A DNA stretch of 63,472 bases, filler included, from Clostridia bacterium (GCA_030637025.1; 6 parts of 6 records of this genome joined end to end with filler, not necessarily neighbours in it), one strand, 5' to 3'; numbered from the whole stretch's first letter, positions 39,976 to 51,501 are shown. Notes: generated from the sequence alone by a model not told the origin. Made by a program: numbers and translations.

Positions 39976-40854
39976 ATGATTACTAAAGAGATTTTAAAAC
40001 AAATTCGCCATATTGAAATTCGTACCGGCAAACTGGTAAACGAACTTTTTGCCGGAGAATACGAAAGTGTTTTTAAAGGAAGGGGAATGGAATTCTCAGA
40101 AGTAAGGGAATATCAACCGGGTGATGATATCCGTACTATTGACTGGAATGTCACTGCCCGTATGGGAAAACCTTTCATTAAAAAATTTATTGAAGAAAGA
40201 GAATTAACTATAATGTTATTGGTTGATTTGAGTTCTTCTAAAAACTTTGGCACCCAGGAAAAAACAAAATATCAAATTGCCGCAGAAATTGCCAGTATCC
40301 TGGCTTTTTCTGCTATAAAAAATAACGATAAAGTAGGAACAATACTTTTTACTGACCGGGCCGAAGCCTTTATTCCCCCAAAAAAAGGGCGCAGACATAT
40401 TTTAAGAATAATCAGGGAAATTTTATATTTTAAGCCTGCCCATCAACAAACAGACATATCTTCGGCTTTAGAATATTTAAACGAAATTGCTAAAAGAAAA
40501 ATGATTGTTTTTCTGATTTCCGATTTTATTGATGAGGGTTATGAAAAAACCTTACATATCACTAATAAAAAACATGATGTGATTGCCATTACCATCAGCG
40601 ACCCCAGAGAAAAAGAATTACCATCTCTGGGTTTTATTGAATTAGAAGACAGCGAAACCAAAAGAAAAATACTGATTAATACCAGGGATAAATCTCTTAG
40701 AAATTCTTTTTCCAAAATTAATAAACAAAAAGAAGACCGGCGTAAAGCATTTTTCCGGTCTATAGGACTGGACAATATAGAAATTTCTACTAACCGCTCT
40801 TATGTGGAACCATTAATTAATTTTTTTAAAACAAGAGCAAAAAGGTTTAGATAA
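39976..40854 (+). CDS. DUF58 domain protein
   Basis: GMEFSEVREYQPGDDIRTIDWNVTAR; typical moxR partner; ATG 39976 (ORF track 39964). Confidence 0.93.
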   Translation: MITKEILKQIRHIEIRTGKLVNELFAGEYESVFKGRGMEFSEVREYQPGDDIRTIDWNVTARMGKPFIKKFIEERELTIMLLVDLSSSKNFGTQEKTKYQIAAEIASILAFSAIKNNDKVGTILFTDRAEAFIPPKKGRRHILRIIREILYFKPAHQQTDISSALEYLNEIAKRKMIVFLISDFIDEGYEKTLHITNKKHDVIAITISDPREKELPSLGFIELEDSETKRKILINTRDKSLRNSFSKINKQKEDRRKAFFRSIGLDNIEISTNRSYVEPLINFFKTRAKRFR

Positions 40855-40871
40855 AAAAACAAGGACAACCA

Positions 40872-41810
40872 ATGATAAAAAAATTCTTTATTATACTCCT
40901 TAGCAGTTACCTTTTGATATTCACTGTTCATTCTATTTCCGGAGCAAATGAACTACCCATAGTGATTAATTCCAGCATCGATAAACCTAAAATTACCATT
41001 GCAGACCATATAAACTATACCATCATTTTAAGCTACGACCCTAAAAAAATTAAACCGCCGGCTTTTTCTCCGGGAACAAACCTATCCTCTTTTGAAATAA
41101 AAGACTATAAAATCTATAAACAAAAAAAGAAAAAAGGTAAAATAATCCAAAAATACGAATATATCATTACTACTTTTACTGTTGGTGAGTTTAAAATTGA
41201 TCCTTTAGAAATCAATTATATTTCCCATTCCGGTGAAGAAAAAAAAATAACTGCACCGGAAATTTCCATTTTAGTAGAAGGAATAAAACCCTCTCAAACT
41301 GACAGAGGTGACATCCGTGATATTAAATCCCCGCTATACATAAAACGGGGATTTTTGTTTTATTCCATACTCTCTTTCATTTTACTGTTTATTGGAGGAG
41401 GAATAGGGTTGTACTTTCACCGGAAGAAAAAAACAAAATCATCTGCGGCCCCTCAAGATACCAGAACACCGGAAGAAATAGCTTGCCAGGAATTAGAAAA
41501 AATATCCCAAATGGATTTAATCAAACAAAAAAAAATAAAACTTTATTATATTCTTATTTCAGAAATCATTAGAAAATATTTAGAGAAAAGATTTAAAATT
41601 TCAGTTTTGGACCGTACTACCTATGAACTTTATCAACAAATACGACTCTTAAATATAAATAATAAAAAGTGCCGGCAAATTAGAGATTTTCTGGAAGAGT
41701 GCGATTTAGTAAAATTTGCTAAATATAAACCGGATGAAAAAACAATTCAGGCAGATTTTTTAGAGGCAAAACAAATTATTGATACGAATAAAACAGTTGA
41801 ATTGGTTTAA
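40872..41810 (+). CDS. Bat-operon membrane protein (BatD-like/DUF4381-like)
   Basis: Signal peptide, DIRDIK before TM helix, YLEKRF, DLVKFAK; follows moxR-DUF58. Confidence 0.7.
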   Translation: MIKKFFIILLSSYLLIFTVHSISGANELPIVINSSIDKPKITIADHINYTIILSYDPKKIKPPAFSPGTNLSSFEIKDYKIYKQKKKKGKIIQKYEYIITTFTVGEFKIDPLEINYISHSGEEKKITAPEISILVEGIKPSQTDRGDIRDIKSPLYIKRGFLFYSILSFILLFIGGGIGLYFHRKKKTKSSAAPQDTRTPEEIACQELEKISQMDLIKQKKIKLYYILISEIIRKYLEKRFKISVLDRTTYELYQQIRLLNINNKKCRQIRDFLEECDLVKFAKYKPDEKTIQADFLEAKQIIDTNKTVELV

Positions 41811-42050
41811 ATTGGTTTTATTGGTTTAGATTTGTTAAAGGACAAAAGACAAAAAGACAGTTAAAATACGGTGCATTGGTTTTATTGGTTACATTGGTTT
41901 TAATTGGTTAAAGACAAAAGAACAGGACAGGCACAAAGGCACAAAGGCACAAAGGCACAAAGGCACAAAGGCACAAAGATAAAAGATAAAAGATAAAAGA
42001 TAAAAGATAAAAGATAAAAGATAAAAGATAAAAGATAAAAGATAAAAGAT
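41790..42050. repeat. Mosaic STR block: (GGCACAAA)6 then (GATAAAA)10+ to contig end
   Basis: Octamer 41930-41977, heptamer 41978-42050, preceded by ATTGGTTT modules. Confidence 0.9.
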
Positions 42051-42150
42051 NNNNNNNNNNNNNNNNNNNNNNNNNNNNNNNNNNNNNNNNNNNNTTAATT
42101 AATTAANNNNNNNNNNNNNNNNNNNNNNNNNNNNNNNNNNNNNNNNNNNN
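42051..42150. other. Artificial contig linker
   Basis: N run with TTAATTAATTAA. Confidence 0.97.
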
Positions 42151-43962
42151 AGTTTTAGTGACTTCTTCTTTAAAGGCTTCATCACTTAATTTGTCCAATT
42201 CTACGCCGGTCAATGCCCGAATATCATTTTCAAAAAAACCCAATTTTTGAGCAATTGCCACTGCTGTTTGTTTATGGTCACCGGTAATCATCACTGTTCT
42301 TATGCCGGCGGTTTTACATTCAGCTACCGCTTTTTTTACTTCTTCCCTGGGTGGGTCAACCATTGCAATTAAACCTAAAAAAACAAGATTTTTCTCTATG
42401 GTTTCCGGGTCATAATCGGGAACGTTATTATCTAATTCCCGGTAGCTTACCGCTAAAATTCTCATTGCCTGATGGGCAAGTTCATTATTAACGTTAAGTA
42501 TATTCTGCTTATCGTCCTGGCTAATTTTTTTTCGCTGACCATTTAGTTCTATTTCAGTGCAATTATCAAGCATTACATCAGGAGCTCCTTTTACAAAAGC
42601 AACTAATTTTTCTTTGTCTTTACGGATTATGGTCATTTTCTTTCTGATAGAATCAAAAGGTATTTCTTCTACAAAAGGAAATTCTTCTTCAAGTTTATCT
42701 TTCCATAAACCGGATTTAGCCGCACAAACTAATAAAGAACCTTCTGTAGGATCCCCGATTATTTTATAAGAATCATCTTGCTTAATTAGTTCAGCTCCGT
42801 TACATAAGCTCCCACAGACTAAAACATTTTTTAAATCCGGATAATCGCCTAAATTAACTGCCTGTTCCTTGAGTAAAAATTCTCCCTGGGGCTCATATCC
42901 TATTCCGGTCACTTTAAATAGAGTATTATTGGTAAAAACTGCCTGAACGGTCATTTCATTTTTAGTGAGAGTTCCTGTTTTATCCGAGCAGATCACTGTT
43001 GAACAGCCTAATGTTTCAATAGCCGGGAGTTTTCTGATCAGGGCATTACGCTTTACCATTTTTTGAACACCCAGGGCCAGCACAACAGTTACTACTGCCG
43101 GAAGTCCTTCCGGGATAGCGGCTACAGCTAAACTTACGGAGGTAAGAAACAAATCAAAAAGATTTCCTCCGCGTAGAAATCCCAATAAAAAAACGATGGA
43201 AACAAGAACAAAACAAAAGTAAACAACAAATTTCCCAAACTGGGCTAATTTTTTTTGTAAAGGGGTATATTGCTGTTCCACCTCTTGAATCATTTCCGCA
43301 ATTTTACCCAACTCAGTGTTCATCCCTGTTTCAACGATTATTGCTCTTGCTTTACCCGAAGAAACGGAGGTTCCCAGATAAAGCATATTTTTTCTATCGG
43401 CTAAGGCAACTTCTTTATCTAAAACAGCAGTAGTTTTTATCGTTGGATTAGATTCTCCGGTAAGACTTGCTTCTTGTGTGCTAAAGTTTTGAGTCATATA
43501 GACCACACGGCTATCCGCCGGGATATGGTCACCTGCCTCGATTTCTATCAGGTCACCGGGGACAAGATTTAAAGAAGGTACGATTTCATGTTTGCTTTTA
43601 CGGATGACTTTGGAAAAAGGGGAGGATAATTTTTTTAAACCCTCCAGGGCTTTTTCAGCACGATATTCCTGAATAAATCCCAAAATAGCATTCAAAGTAA
43701 CAATAACTGCAATGGCAATAGCATCTATCCATTCACCTAAAAAACCCGACACAAAAGCCGCTCCAATTAATATCCAGACGATAAAATTTTCAAATTGTTC
43801 AAAGAAAATCCGCAGAGGGGAACGGCCTTTTTTTTCTTTTAATTGATTTTGTCCATATTTTTTTAATCTGCTTATTGCTTCTTCGCTACTTAACCCGGAA
43901 GTTAAATCGCTGGCTAATATCTTGACTACTTCTTCTTTGTCTATCTGCCACCAATGTTTCAT
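42151..43962 (-). CDS. P-type cation-transporting ATPase (type II, Ca2+-like), 3' truncated by gap
   Basis: TGES, PEGLP, DKTGT, KGAP, DPPR, TGD motifs. Confidence 0.93.
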
Positions 43963-44102
43963 TTACTTTTCCTTTTTATAGATAATTTGTGTATTAATTG
44001 TAAAAGAGATAAGGATTTTACAAAAGAAATCTCAAATATATTTTGGTAGGAATAAAATGCTTTTTTCATAAATAATACGGAATAATATAAATGTTAAAGC
44101 AT

Positions 44103-44260
44103 AAAGGCAAAATGTGTTTTAAACGATTTAGCGAATTTTAGCAAAAACAGGCGTTAAAAAAATGAGCTTGCCTGAGCAAAGCGAGTTGCTCATTTTTAGA
44201 CTGTTTTTGTGTGCCCATAGGGTAAAATTACGCATTTAGAGAAAAACATATTTTGTCTTT
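44103..44260. repeat. Family A element, more diverged copy
   Basis: Same 158-bp layout with many transitions. Confidence 0.88.
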
Positions 44261-44285
44261 AATAACAAATTTTATTTATTAAAAA

Positions 44286-45275
44286 TTATTCGATCAGTTG
44301 ATCATAAAATTTTAAATAGCAGTCTTTTTCCGGGCTTTGTCTTAATTTAATAGCTTCCCGGGGATGACAGTTGAGTTGGCCGGTTATCATATAGGGTATA
44401 CTGTGTCCCCAGTCAAGCTGAGCTTTTAAAGGTAAAATGTCTTTTTCTATACATTCAATAATAGGGCGAAGGTGAAATCTTGGATTTTTAAGAAAACCAA
44501 CCAGGAGTTCTAAAGGACAATTACCTGCTCCGCGTCCCAGGCCGTTTATTGTAGCATCCAGCCTGGTTGCACCGAGGATGAGGGCTTCAATAGTATTAGC
44601 ATAGGCAAGCTGTTGATTGTTATGGCAATGTACACCAACTTCTTTTCCCGTTCCTTCCAGTATTGTTAGGTATTTCGTGGTTAAATTTTTTATCTGTTCG
44701 GAATAGAGTGCGCCGAAACTGTCTACTAAAAACACTGAACTTACCGGTGATTTAGCAATAACTTCCAGTCCGTCACCGAGCTCCTTATCCTGTACAACGG
44801 AAATAGCCATTAGCTGCATGGTTGTTTCATATCCTTTATCAGTAGCGTCTTTTACAATATCCAGTGCTGCCGGAATCTGATGAATATAACAGGCTACACG
44901 AATAGTATCCAAAACGCTTTTTTCCTTAGGTAATATATCTGTGTGATAATCTGTTCTTCCGGTATCTGCCATAGCACAAATCTTCAGGTCAGTTTTATTT
45001 TCGCCTATAGCACGGCGAATGTCGTCTTCATCACAAAACTTCCATTTTCCGAACTTGTCGGGAGCAAAAAGTTTTTTAGAGGATTTATAACCTATTTCCA
45101 TATAATTTATGCCTGCACTTACCAGGGTGTCGTATACTGCTTTCACAAATTTTTCATCATAGTTGTGATCATTAATAAGGCCTCCATCCCGAATGGTACA
45201 ATCGCATACCTTAATCTGAGGCCTGTAAGTTACCCATGAATCTTTTAGTTTGTTGTTTTTTTCCTTTTCCATCAT
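44286..45275 (-). CDS. DRE-TIM (HMGL-like) aldolase/lyase family protein
   Basis: DCTIRDGG, DSFG, HCHNN, GLGRGAGN. Confidence 0.88.
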   Translation of the reverse strand: MMEKEKNNKLKDSWVTYRPQIKVCDCTIRDGGLINDHNYDEKFVKAVYDTLVSAGINYMEIGYKSSKKLFAPDKFGKWKFCDEDDIRRAIGENKTDLKICAMADTGRTDYHTDILPKEKSVLDTIRVACYIHQIPAALDIVKDATDKGYETTMQLMAISVVQDKELGDGLEVIAKSPVSSVFLVDSFGALYSEQIKNLTTKYLTILEGTGKEVGVHCHNNQQLAYANTIEALILGATRLDATINGLGRGAGNCPLELLVGFLKNPRFHLRPIIECIEKDILPLKAQLDWGHSIPYMITGQLNCHPREAIKLRQSPEKDCYLKFYDQLIE

Positions 45276-45283
45276 TGTCTCCT

Positions 45284-45394
45284 TTATTTTATTTTTGAAC
45301 TAACCCATGTATAGAATCTTTCTGTAAGTTTAAGTATGTCCAAAGCTTCCTTTTCAGTAGAATTTCTGTCTTCATATTCAATGATATTTTTTTT
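45284..45394 (-). pseudogene. Gene remnant, possibly HEPN-domain C-terminus
   Basis: KNIIEYEDRNSTEKEALDILKLTERFYTWVSSKIK* without a start; family assignment from memory only. Confidence 0.3.
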
Positions 45395-45578
45395 AAATAA
45401 AATTTTCTTTATTAAGAAGGAGGCACTCTTTAATGTTTACAAATCTAAACATGTGTTTGCAAATGTAAACATAATATATAATCTCTTTAAATCATTGTCA
45501 ATAAAAATATTTATTTTATTATTTAAAAATTAGAAGTGGACACCAAAAAAAAAGAACTATTCTGATGAGAAACTTTTC

Positions 45579-48500
45579 TTAATGAGGTTTCTTGTATTGA
45601 TTAATTTCTTTTGGGGTAACTAATTGGTCGGTTAAACGGAACCATTCGGTAACCAGGAGTTTCAATTGTACCGAATAAGCAATTTTATTAAACCTGTTAT
45701 CTTCCTGTTTGTTGATTGCGGCAATCAAGTCATTAAGTGTTGCCTGTCCCAGTGTGTAGTTTCTTTGTTCATCTTTTAAGATGGATTGGGCTAGTTCAAT
45801 ACGCTCCTGGGCATTAGTTATAAGAGTTTTGGTTTTTTCTATCTGGTCATAAAGGTTAAGCAAATCAGTATAAAGGTTAATATGCTTGTTTTTTGAAGAT
45901 AATACTGCTTTTCTACGATTGACTTTGGATATTTCGTATGCCGCTTTTTCCTGTGTAGCTTTATAGGGAAACTCAAGAGAAATCATAGTATAAACAAAGC
46001 TGTCTTCATCAGTTATCCTGTATTCGGATCCATCCCGGGAATATCCAAAACTAAGATTTAAAGAAGGGAGTAAAGCGTTTTTATCTTTGCTCAATTCCAG
46101 GCCTGATTTTTTTTCCAATAATTCCAGTATTTTAGATGTACGGCTCTTTTCTTTAAATATCGCGTATTCTTTTTCAAAGGAGCGGGTTAACCCTTTGTAA
46201 AAGGAAGGATTTTTTTCGGGTAAAAATTCTGATTTATTTTTTTCTCCGACAGCCTGTTTAATCAGATTGTGCGTTTGGTCAAAATTGTCAGCAAGGGCGA
46301 TAACACGCTCTTTTTTGGCCAGCACTTGCAGTCGTATTTTATTTACATCAACAGCAAGGGCAATATTATTTTTCTCGCGTTTAAGCATATTATCCAGTTG
46401 TTTGAGGCTTTCCTGATAAGAAGCTTCTGCGGTTCCTAAGTTTTCATAAGCAAAGTACCAGTTATAATATAAGGTGATTAATCCAGCCAGATAATCTTCA
46501 TAAGCTTCAACAATTTGATGATTGGCTACAGTTTCTTCAATACCGGTTATTTTTTTAAGGTACCGGTTAGTTTTTCCAAAAGCATTTTCAGCCAGAGGCT
46601 GCGAAACCAAAACCGAAAAAGAGGAACTACTTTCTGTTGATGAAGGGTTTCCGGATAAATCATAGTCAATAGAAAGATTTGTGCCGATAGCAGGGAATAA
46701 TTTGCCCAGGGAGACACTGTTGGTAGGGCTGGTGGTAGAATCGCCGCTAATGATGGTATCATGCTGACTTTTCAGTGAGAATATCCAGTCTTTTACCGGG
46801 AGGGTTAAAAAACTTGTATAGGTAATGGCCAGTTGATCAATAAGAATTTCCTGAAAGGTAATATCGTTAGTGCAGACTCTGGTAACAAATTCAGGCAAAG
46901 GCAATACCTTAGGTTGGTCTGTTTCTTTCGCTTCAAGGAAAACGCTGCTGCAAAGAATTAATAACAAAAAAATAAATAAGTTTCGGGATACTAAAAATTT
47001 CTTTATGTATATTAACCTATGTTTTACATCCCTTACAAATCCATACAAACAGGGAATTAATAATAGAGTAATAAAAGTACTAAATAAAAGACCCCAGGAC
47101 ATAGCCAGCATCATATCCGCCAGCATGGCATCATATCCTGCTATACCGTATGCTGTGGGAAACAATCCGGCTACAGTGGTCAGGGTAGTAAGAATGACCG
47201 CCCGCAGTCTGGTTTTAGCAATGTGGGCAATTTGTTTATTGGATAATTCTCTATGTTGCCCCCGGTCATATTCCTTGTCCAGTTTAACCAGCATAATAAT
47301 AGAATCATTTACCACGACGCCGGCAAGGCCCAGTGCCCCTATAGCTGCGAAGTAGCCTATCAGGGTAATCCCATGTGCCCAGAATGCGAAAATTATGCCC
47401 ACTATTCCAAAAGGGATGGAAACCATAATCAGAAGAGGTTTAACCAGTGAGTCAAATAATAAAGAAAGAACAACATAAATGAGAAAAAGTACCATAAAAA
47501 TGGCTATTTTAAAATAGTTTTGCGATTCCCGTGTTTCTTTTACCTCGCCTTCAAAGACAATACCTGCAGTCGGATATTGGGAAATTATTTGCGGAAGGAC
47601 ATTTTTTTCAAAATGCTCGGCAACTTCAACAGGGGTTAGATCAGTGTTTTCACTTAAATCAGCATCAATAGTAGTGGTTCGTATATAATTTTTACGTGAA
47701 ATACTATTTGGGGAAATAATTTTTTTAATGTCAACGATATTTTTAAGAGGAACAAGATAATTGCTTTTATTTTCCACAGGAACATTAAGCACTTTTTTTA
47801 TGTCGTCTTTGGCCTCTTCAATCGCAGTCAAGCGGACCTTAATTTCTTCATCTTCGTGAAACACTTCATAAAGTACATTGCCCTCCAGCAGAGTCCGGAA
47901 GGTATTCTTAATGTTGGAGGGATTAATACCCAGACGTTTGATCAGTTTTCGCTTAAGGTCTACCTTATATTCAGGCCGTTTTAGAGGTCGATCAACCTCA
48001 ATATTATCCAGAGCGGAAAAGCCCTCCATACTTTCAACCATCATAGCTACTACTTTTTCCCGTACTTCGTCGTCATTTTCCTGAATAATTACTTCAATAG
48101 GACTTCCGCTGGCATGGCCAAACCGGTGTTTTTGAAAATCAAGTTTGGTAAAACCAGGAATCCCGGCCATTTTTTCCTTCCATTCCCCGATAAGTTGTTT
48201 GGATGATTTATCCCGTTTTTCTTTAGACACAAGCTCAATGCGCATCCGCATTTTATTTTCTTCTACAGCAGATCCGCGCCTGCTCCGGGCTATCTGTGTA
48301 CGAAAACCGATAACCTCTTTGCCAATATATTCAGAAAACATTTTTTCCAGTGGTTGTACCATCCGGGCAGTCTCATAGCGTTTTGTGTCCGGGTGGGCTT
48401 CACCGACAAGAGAGACCTGCATAGTTTCCTCCCTGGGAAACATCACAAACTTCATTTTTGTCATAAAAATAAATCCGGCAAAAACCATAAGTCCGATAAA

Positions 48501-50174
48501 TATCAGGAAAATAAGCAGTTTAAGTTTCAATATTTTTTCCATAATTTTGCCGTACACATCTTCAACAGAGTGAAACCAATGAATTTTTTTATTCTTTAAT
48601 TCCGGAATAGGTTTATTTTTTTTATAATATTTATCAATTAGAGGAAGCATTCCCAGGGAAAATACATTCCTGAGCCAGCGAGGTACCTGAATGTTCATAT
48701 GAGAAGGAAGAATAAAAATGGATTCAAAAAGACTCCCAGCTAACATAAGAAATATTATAGGTGGAATAACCTGGTTAAACTTGCCAAACCTTCCCGGAAA
48801 GAAAAACAGGGGTATGAAAGCGACACAGGTAGTAATAATGCTGGCAATAATAGGTAGAAGAACATAGGATGTTCCTCTTACCGTTGCCTCGTGGAAATTA
48901 ATACCTTGTGCTCTTAATCTGATAATATTTTCAGCAACCACTATGGCATCGTCAACAACCATACCCATAACTATTATTACCGCTGCCAGGGTAATATTAT
49001 TAATAGTAAAACCGAAAAGCGAAGAGAAAATCATAGCAAAACAGAAGGAAAAAGGTATACCCAGGGCTACGTATAGGCCTGATTTAAAATCAAGAAAAAT
49101 AAAAAGCATAATCAGTATGAATATAAATCCTATAGCTCCGTTAATTTGAACTATGGAAAGCCGGTTGCGGACAGTTATTGACTCATCATCTAAAGGGACT
49201 ATTTTTATATCACTGTTTTTAAGGGTACTGTCTGCGAAACTTTTTATTTTTTTATTAACCACATCGACACTTTCTAAAATACCAGAAGAACTGCTTTTTA
49301 CAACATTGAGGATAATACCTTCATGTCCGTTGATTTTAAGAATATTTTTATTTTTTTCATAAGCATAGCTAACATCGGCAAGCTGGTTAAGTCTTATTGT
49401 CTGGCCTTCAAATCCACCTTCAATAACAAGTTGACTAAGTTTTTTGGGGTCGTCCAGTTCTGCGGAAAGGGTTACTTTTGATTCTTCTTTATCTTCAATA
49501 CTGCCTGCCGGCTGGCGCACATTGTTGTTTTGGATTTCCTGCCGTACCTTATTAAATGAAATATTATAGTGCATAAGTTTTTCCGGATAAGCATGAATTT
49601 GAATTTCTTCATCAAGATATCCGCTTCTTCCTATTTCGCTTACCTGGGGAAGGGCTAACAGTTGGTTTTCCAATACGCGAACATAACTTTGCAGCTTTTT
49701 TCTTTGGTCATAATCTAAGAGATGTTGGGTGGTATCAAACAGGGCAATATCTATGATTGCTTTTTTAGAAGTTTTAAATTCTCTAATGCGCGGTTCATCT
49801 ATCACTTCATCTGGAAGTCGTACGTCCATTACCGCATTGCGGATTTCAATGATACACTCATCCCTGTCTGCGTAATTTTGTTCCAGCTGGACAGAAATAC
49901 TGGAGCTCCCTTCATTGGATGTGCTGGATATTTCATCAATCCCGTCAATTCCTTTAATCGCATCTTCTATGGGTTTGGTGATGAAATGTTCTACTTCGCT
50001 GGGAGAGGCACCGGGATAGTAAGCAGATATTCTTACAAAATCAAACTCCATATTGGGCAGTTCTTCTTTGGGTGTATGATGCCAGAAAAATACTCCCCCA
50101 ATCAGTATAGTAAGCATAATAAAGTTAACTAATAAATGCTTTTCGGAACAATATCTTATAATTTTTTCCCACAT
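45579..50174 (-). CDS. RND efflux permease fused to TolC-family outer membrane protein
   Basis: Residues 1-~1045 AcrB-like (YPGASP.EVE, GMVVDDAIVVAE, GVVVNDSI, RLRAVILTTLTT); residues ~1085-1531 OEP-like (LLPSLNLSFGY, YTLGQATLNDL). Confidence 0.88.
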   Translation of the reverse strand: MWEKIIRYCSEKHLLVNFIMLTILIGGVFFWHHTPKEELPNMEFDFVRISAYYPGASPSEVEHFITKPIEDAIKGIDGIDEISSTSNEGSSSISVQLEQNYADRDECIIEIRNAVMDVRLPDEVIDEPRIREFKTSKKAIIDIALFDTTQHLLDYDQRKKLQSYVRVLENQLLALPQVSEIGRSGYLDEEIQIHAYPEKLMHYNISFNKVRQEIQNNNVRQPAGSIEDKEESKVTLSAELDDPKKLSQLVIEGGFEGQTIRLNQLADVSYAYEKNKNILKINGHEGIILNVVKSSSSGILESVDVVNKKIKSFADSTLKNSDIKIVPLDDESITVRNRLSIVQINGAIGFIFILIMLFIFLDFKSGLYVALGIPFSFCFAMIFSSLFGFTINNITLAAVIIVMGMVVDDAIVVAENIIRLRAQGINFHEATVRGTSYVLLPIIASIITTCVAFIPLFFFPGRFGKFNQVIPPIIFLMLAGSLFESIFILPSHMNIQVPRWLRNVFSLGMLPLIDKYYKKNKPIPELKNKKIHWFHSVEDVYGKIMEKILKLKLLIFLIFIGLMVFAGFIFMTKMKFVMFPREETMQVSLVGEAHPDTKRYETARMVQPLEKMFSEYIGKEVIGFRTQIARSRRGSAVEENKMRMRIELVSKEKRDKSSKQLIGEWKEKMAGIPGFTKLDFQKHRFGHASGSPIEVIIQENDDEVREKVVAMMVESMEGFSALDNIEVDRPLKRPEYKVDLKRKLIKRLGINPSNIKNTFRTLLEGNVLYEVFHEDEEIKVRLTAIEEAKDDIKKVLNVPVENKSNYLVPLKNIVDIKKIISPNSISRKNYIRTTTIDADLSENTDLTPVEVAEHFEKNVLPQIISQYPTAGIVFEGEVKETRESQNYFKIAIFMVLFLIYVVLSLLFDSLVKPLLIMVSIPFGIVGIIFAFWAHGITLIGYFAAIGALGLAGVVVNDSIIMLVKLDKEYDRGQHRELSNKQIAHIAKTRLRAVILTTLTTVAGLFPTAYGIAGYDAMLADMMLAMSWGLLFSTFITLLLIPCLYGFVRDVKHRLIYIKKFLVSRNLFIFLLLILCSSVFLEAKETDQPKVLPLPEFVTRVCTNDITFQEILIDQLAITYTSFLTLPVKDWIFSLKSQHDTIISGDSTTSPTNSVSLGKLFPAIGTNLSIDYDLSGNPSSTESSSSFSVLVSQPLAENAFGKTNRYLKKITGIEETVANHQIVEAYEDYLAGLITLYYNWYFAYENLGTAEASYQESLKQLDNMLKREKNNIALAVDVNKIRLQVLAKKERVIALADNFDQTHNLIKQAVGEKNKSEFLPEKNPSFYKGLTRSFEKEYAIFKEKSRTSKILELLEKKSGLELSKDKNALLPSLNLSFGYSRDGSEYRITDEDSFVYTMISLEFPYKATQEKAAYEISKVNRRKAVLSSKNKHINLYTDLLNLYDQIEKTKTLITNAQERIELAQSILKDEQRNYTLGQATLNDLIAAINKQEDNRFNKIAYSVQLKLLVTEWFRLTDQLVTPKEINQYKKPH

Positions 50175-50816
50175 AACTAAATTTCCTTTTTACAAAAATT
50201 ATCCAAAAGCAGGAAGTCCTAATTCCGTTAAATCCCGTAGGCCAATTCAATTAGATATCCAACCTTTGGTGCAATAATAGTCAGCAATTTTCATCCTTTT
50301 ATTGGTTCTGACTAACGATTTCAGTTTTAATTATTTCTATGGTGTTTTTTTTCCTTTGTTCTGCCGGTATAAGAAATACATAATAATATTAAAAGCTTAG
50401 ACCCTTTTTTGATATTTTAAGAGTTCTTCATTATACTTATTTGCAAAAAAAATTACAAGCCGTAATTTCTGATAGTTAGTGTCAGACTTTATTCTGATTT
50501 TTATTATTTTACTTCTCTTTAATTTAGACAAAAAAATTAAAAAAAAGTTCCCTAAAAAAACATTTTGCTATATTAATGTTTTCTTTCAAGGAATTTGTGT
50601 TTAAAGGGATTTGTTTTTTGCATTTAAATAAACAGATATAAAAACTTAGATTTTGGAGAAATAGTAAACTTTTGGATATTCAGAAGCTTAAAAATGAATA
50701 TCTCAAAGGTGTGCACTTTTAATTCTTAAATAGACGGGTTTGGGGATAGTGTTGACTTATAATGTTGAATAATTTATAATATAAAACACAAAAATGGCAA
50801 TGGAGAAAAAGGAGCT

Positions 50817-51194
50817 ATGGTAATGTCTGATATGACCAAAGGGCAAATCGAGGCCCAGATTAGTGAAGCGATAATAAAGTTTGAAAAGGAATATATGGGT
50901 AGAGGACCTATGGAAACCAAGACCTATATCATAAAGGATATGGTTTTTGTTCGGCTTAAAGGTGTTCTTACGCCTGCTGAGGAACAATTAGCCAAGACTG
51001 CTGAAGGATCAGATCTGATAAAAAAGACACGCGTTCAATTATTAGAGGGTGCAAGACTTTTATTGGAGAATATTATTTCGGAGATCACAGGTTGTCAGAT
51101 AAAGAGCTTGCATACAGATATAAGCACAAAAACTGGAGAAAGAGTTATTATTTTTACATTAGACCGGAATTTAGAAGATAAATTAAAAACATAA
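50817..51194 (+). CDS. DUF2294 / MpsC family protein
   Basis: TKGQIEAQISEAIIKFEKEYMGRGP, LTPAE, HTDISTKTGERVIIFTL. Confidence 0.9.
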   Translation: MVMSDMTKGQIEAQISEAIIKFEKEYMGRGPMETKTYIIKDMVFVRLKGVLTPAEEQLAKTAEGSDLIKKTRVQLLEGARLLLENIISEITGCQIKSLHTDISTKTGERVIIFTLDRNLEDKLKT

Positions 51195-51202
51195 AAAAAT
51201 AG

Positions 51203-51396
51203 TTGACAATTTTTTTTTATTATTATAGAGTATAGTTAACAAAAATAATATTTGGAAGACTGAGACAAGGATCGGTATTAATTTTCTGGAAGTAATAATC
51301 GGATAGATTAGTGCTGGGAGTTGCAGAGTAAGCCAATGTCAATATCTTTTAGTTCTCTTAAAAGAGAGCGGGAGATGACGTTGGTTTTTTGTTTTT
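51203..51396 (+). promoter_or_regulatory. Promoter plus antiterminator/terminator leader
   Basis: TTGACA-N17-TAGAGT; long hairpin 51252-51336 overlapping terminator 51331-51386 with T-tract. Confidence 0.7.
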
Positions 51397-51501
51397 AATA
51401 GGTATTTTCACCCTGTTAGAAATAAGATGCCAAAGGCGACTGCTGATGCGCAAGCGCATCGGATTTCTAACGAGGTTCACCAAAAAAAGGAGGATGTTGT
51501 T

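Noticed and set aside
50199-50294. Aldehyde ferredoxin oxidoreductase C-terminal remnant (DYYCTKGW..*...LTELGL)
   Set aside because: Only about 30 codons with an internal stop; similarity too weak to call
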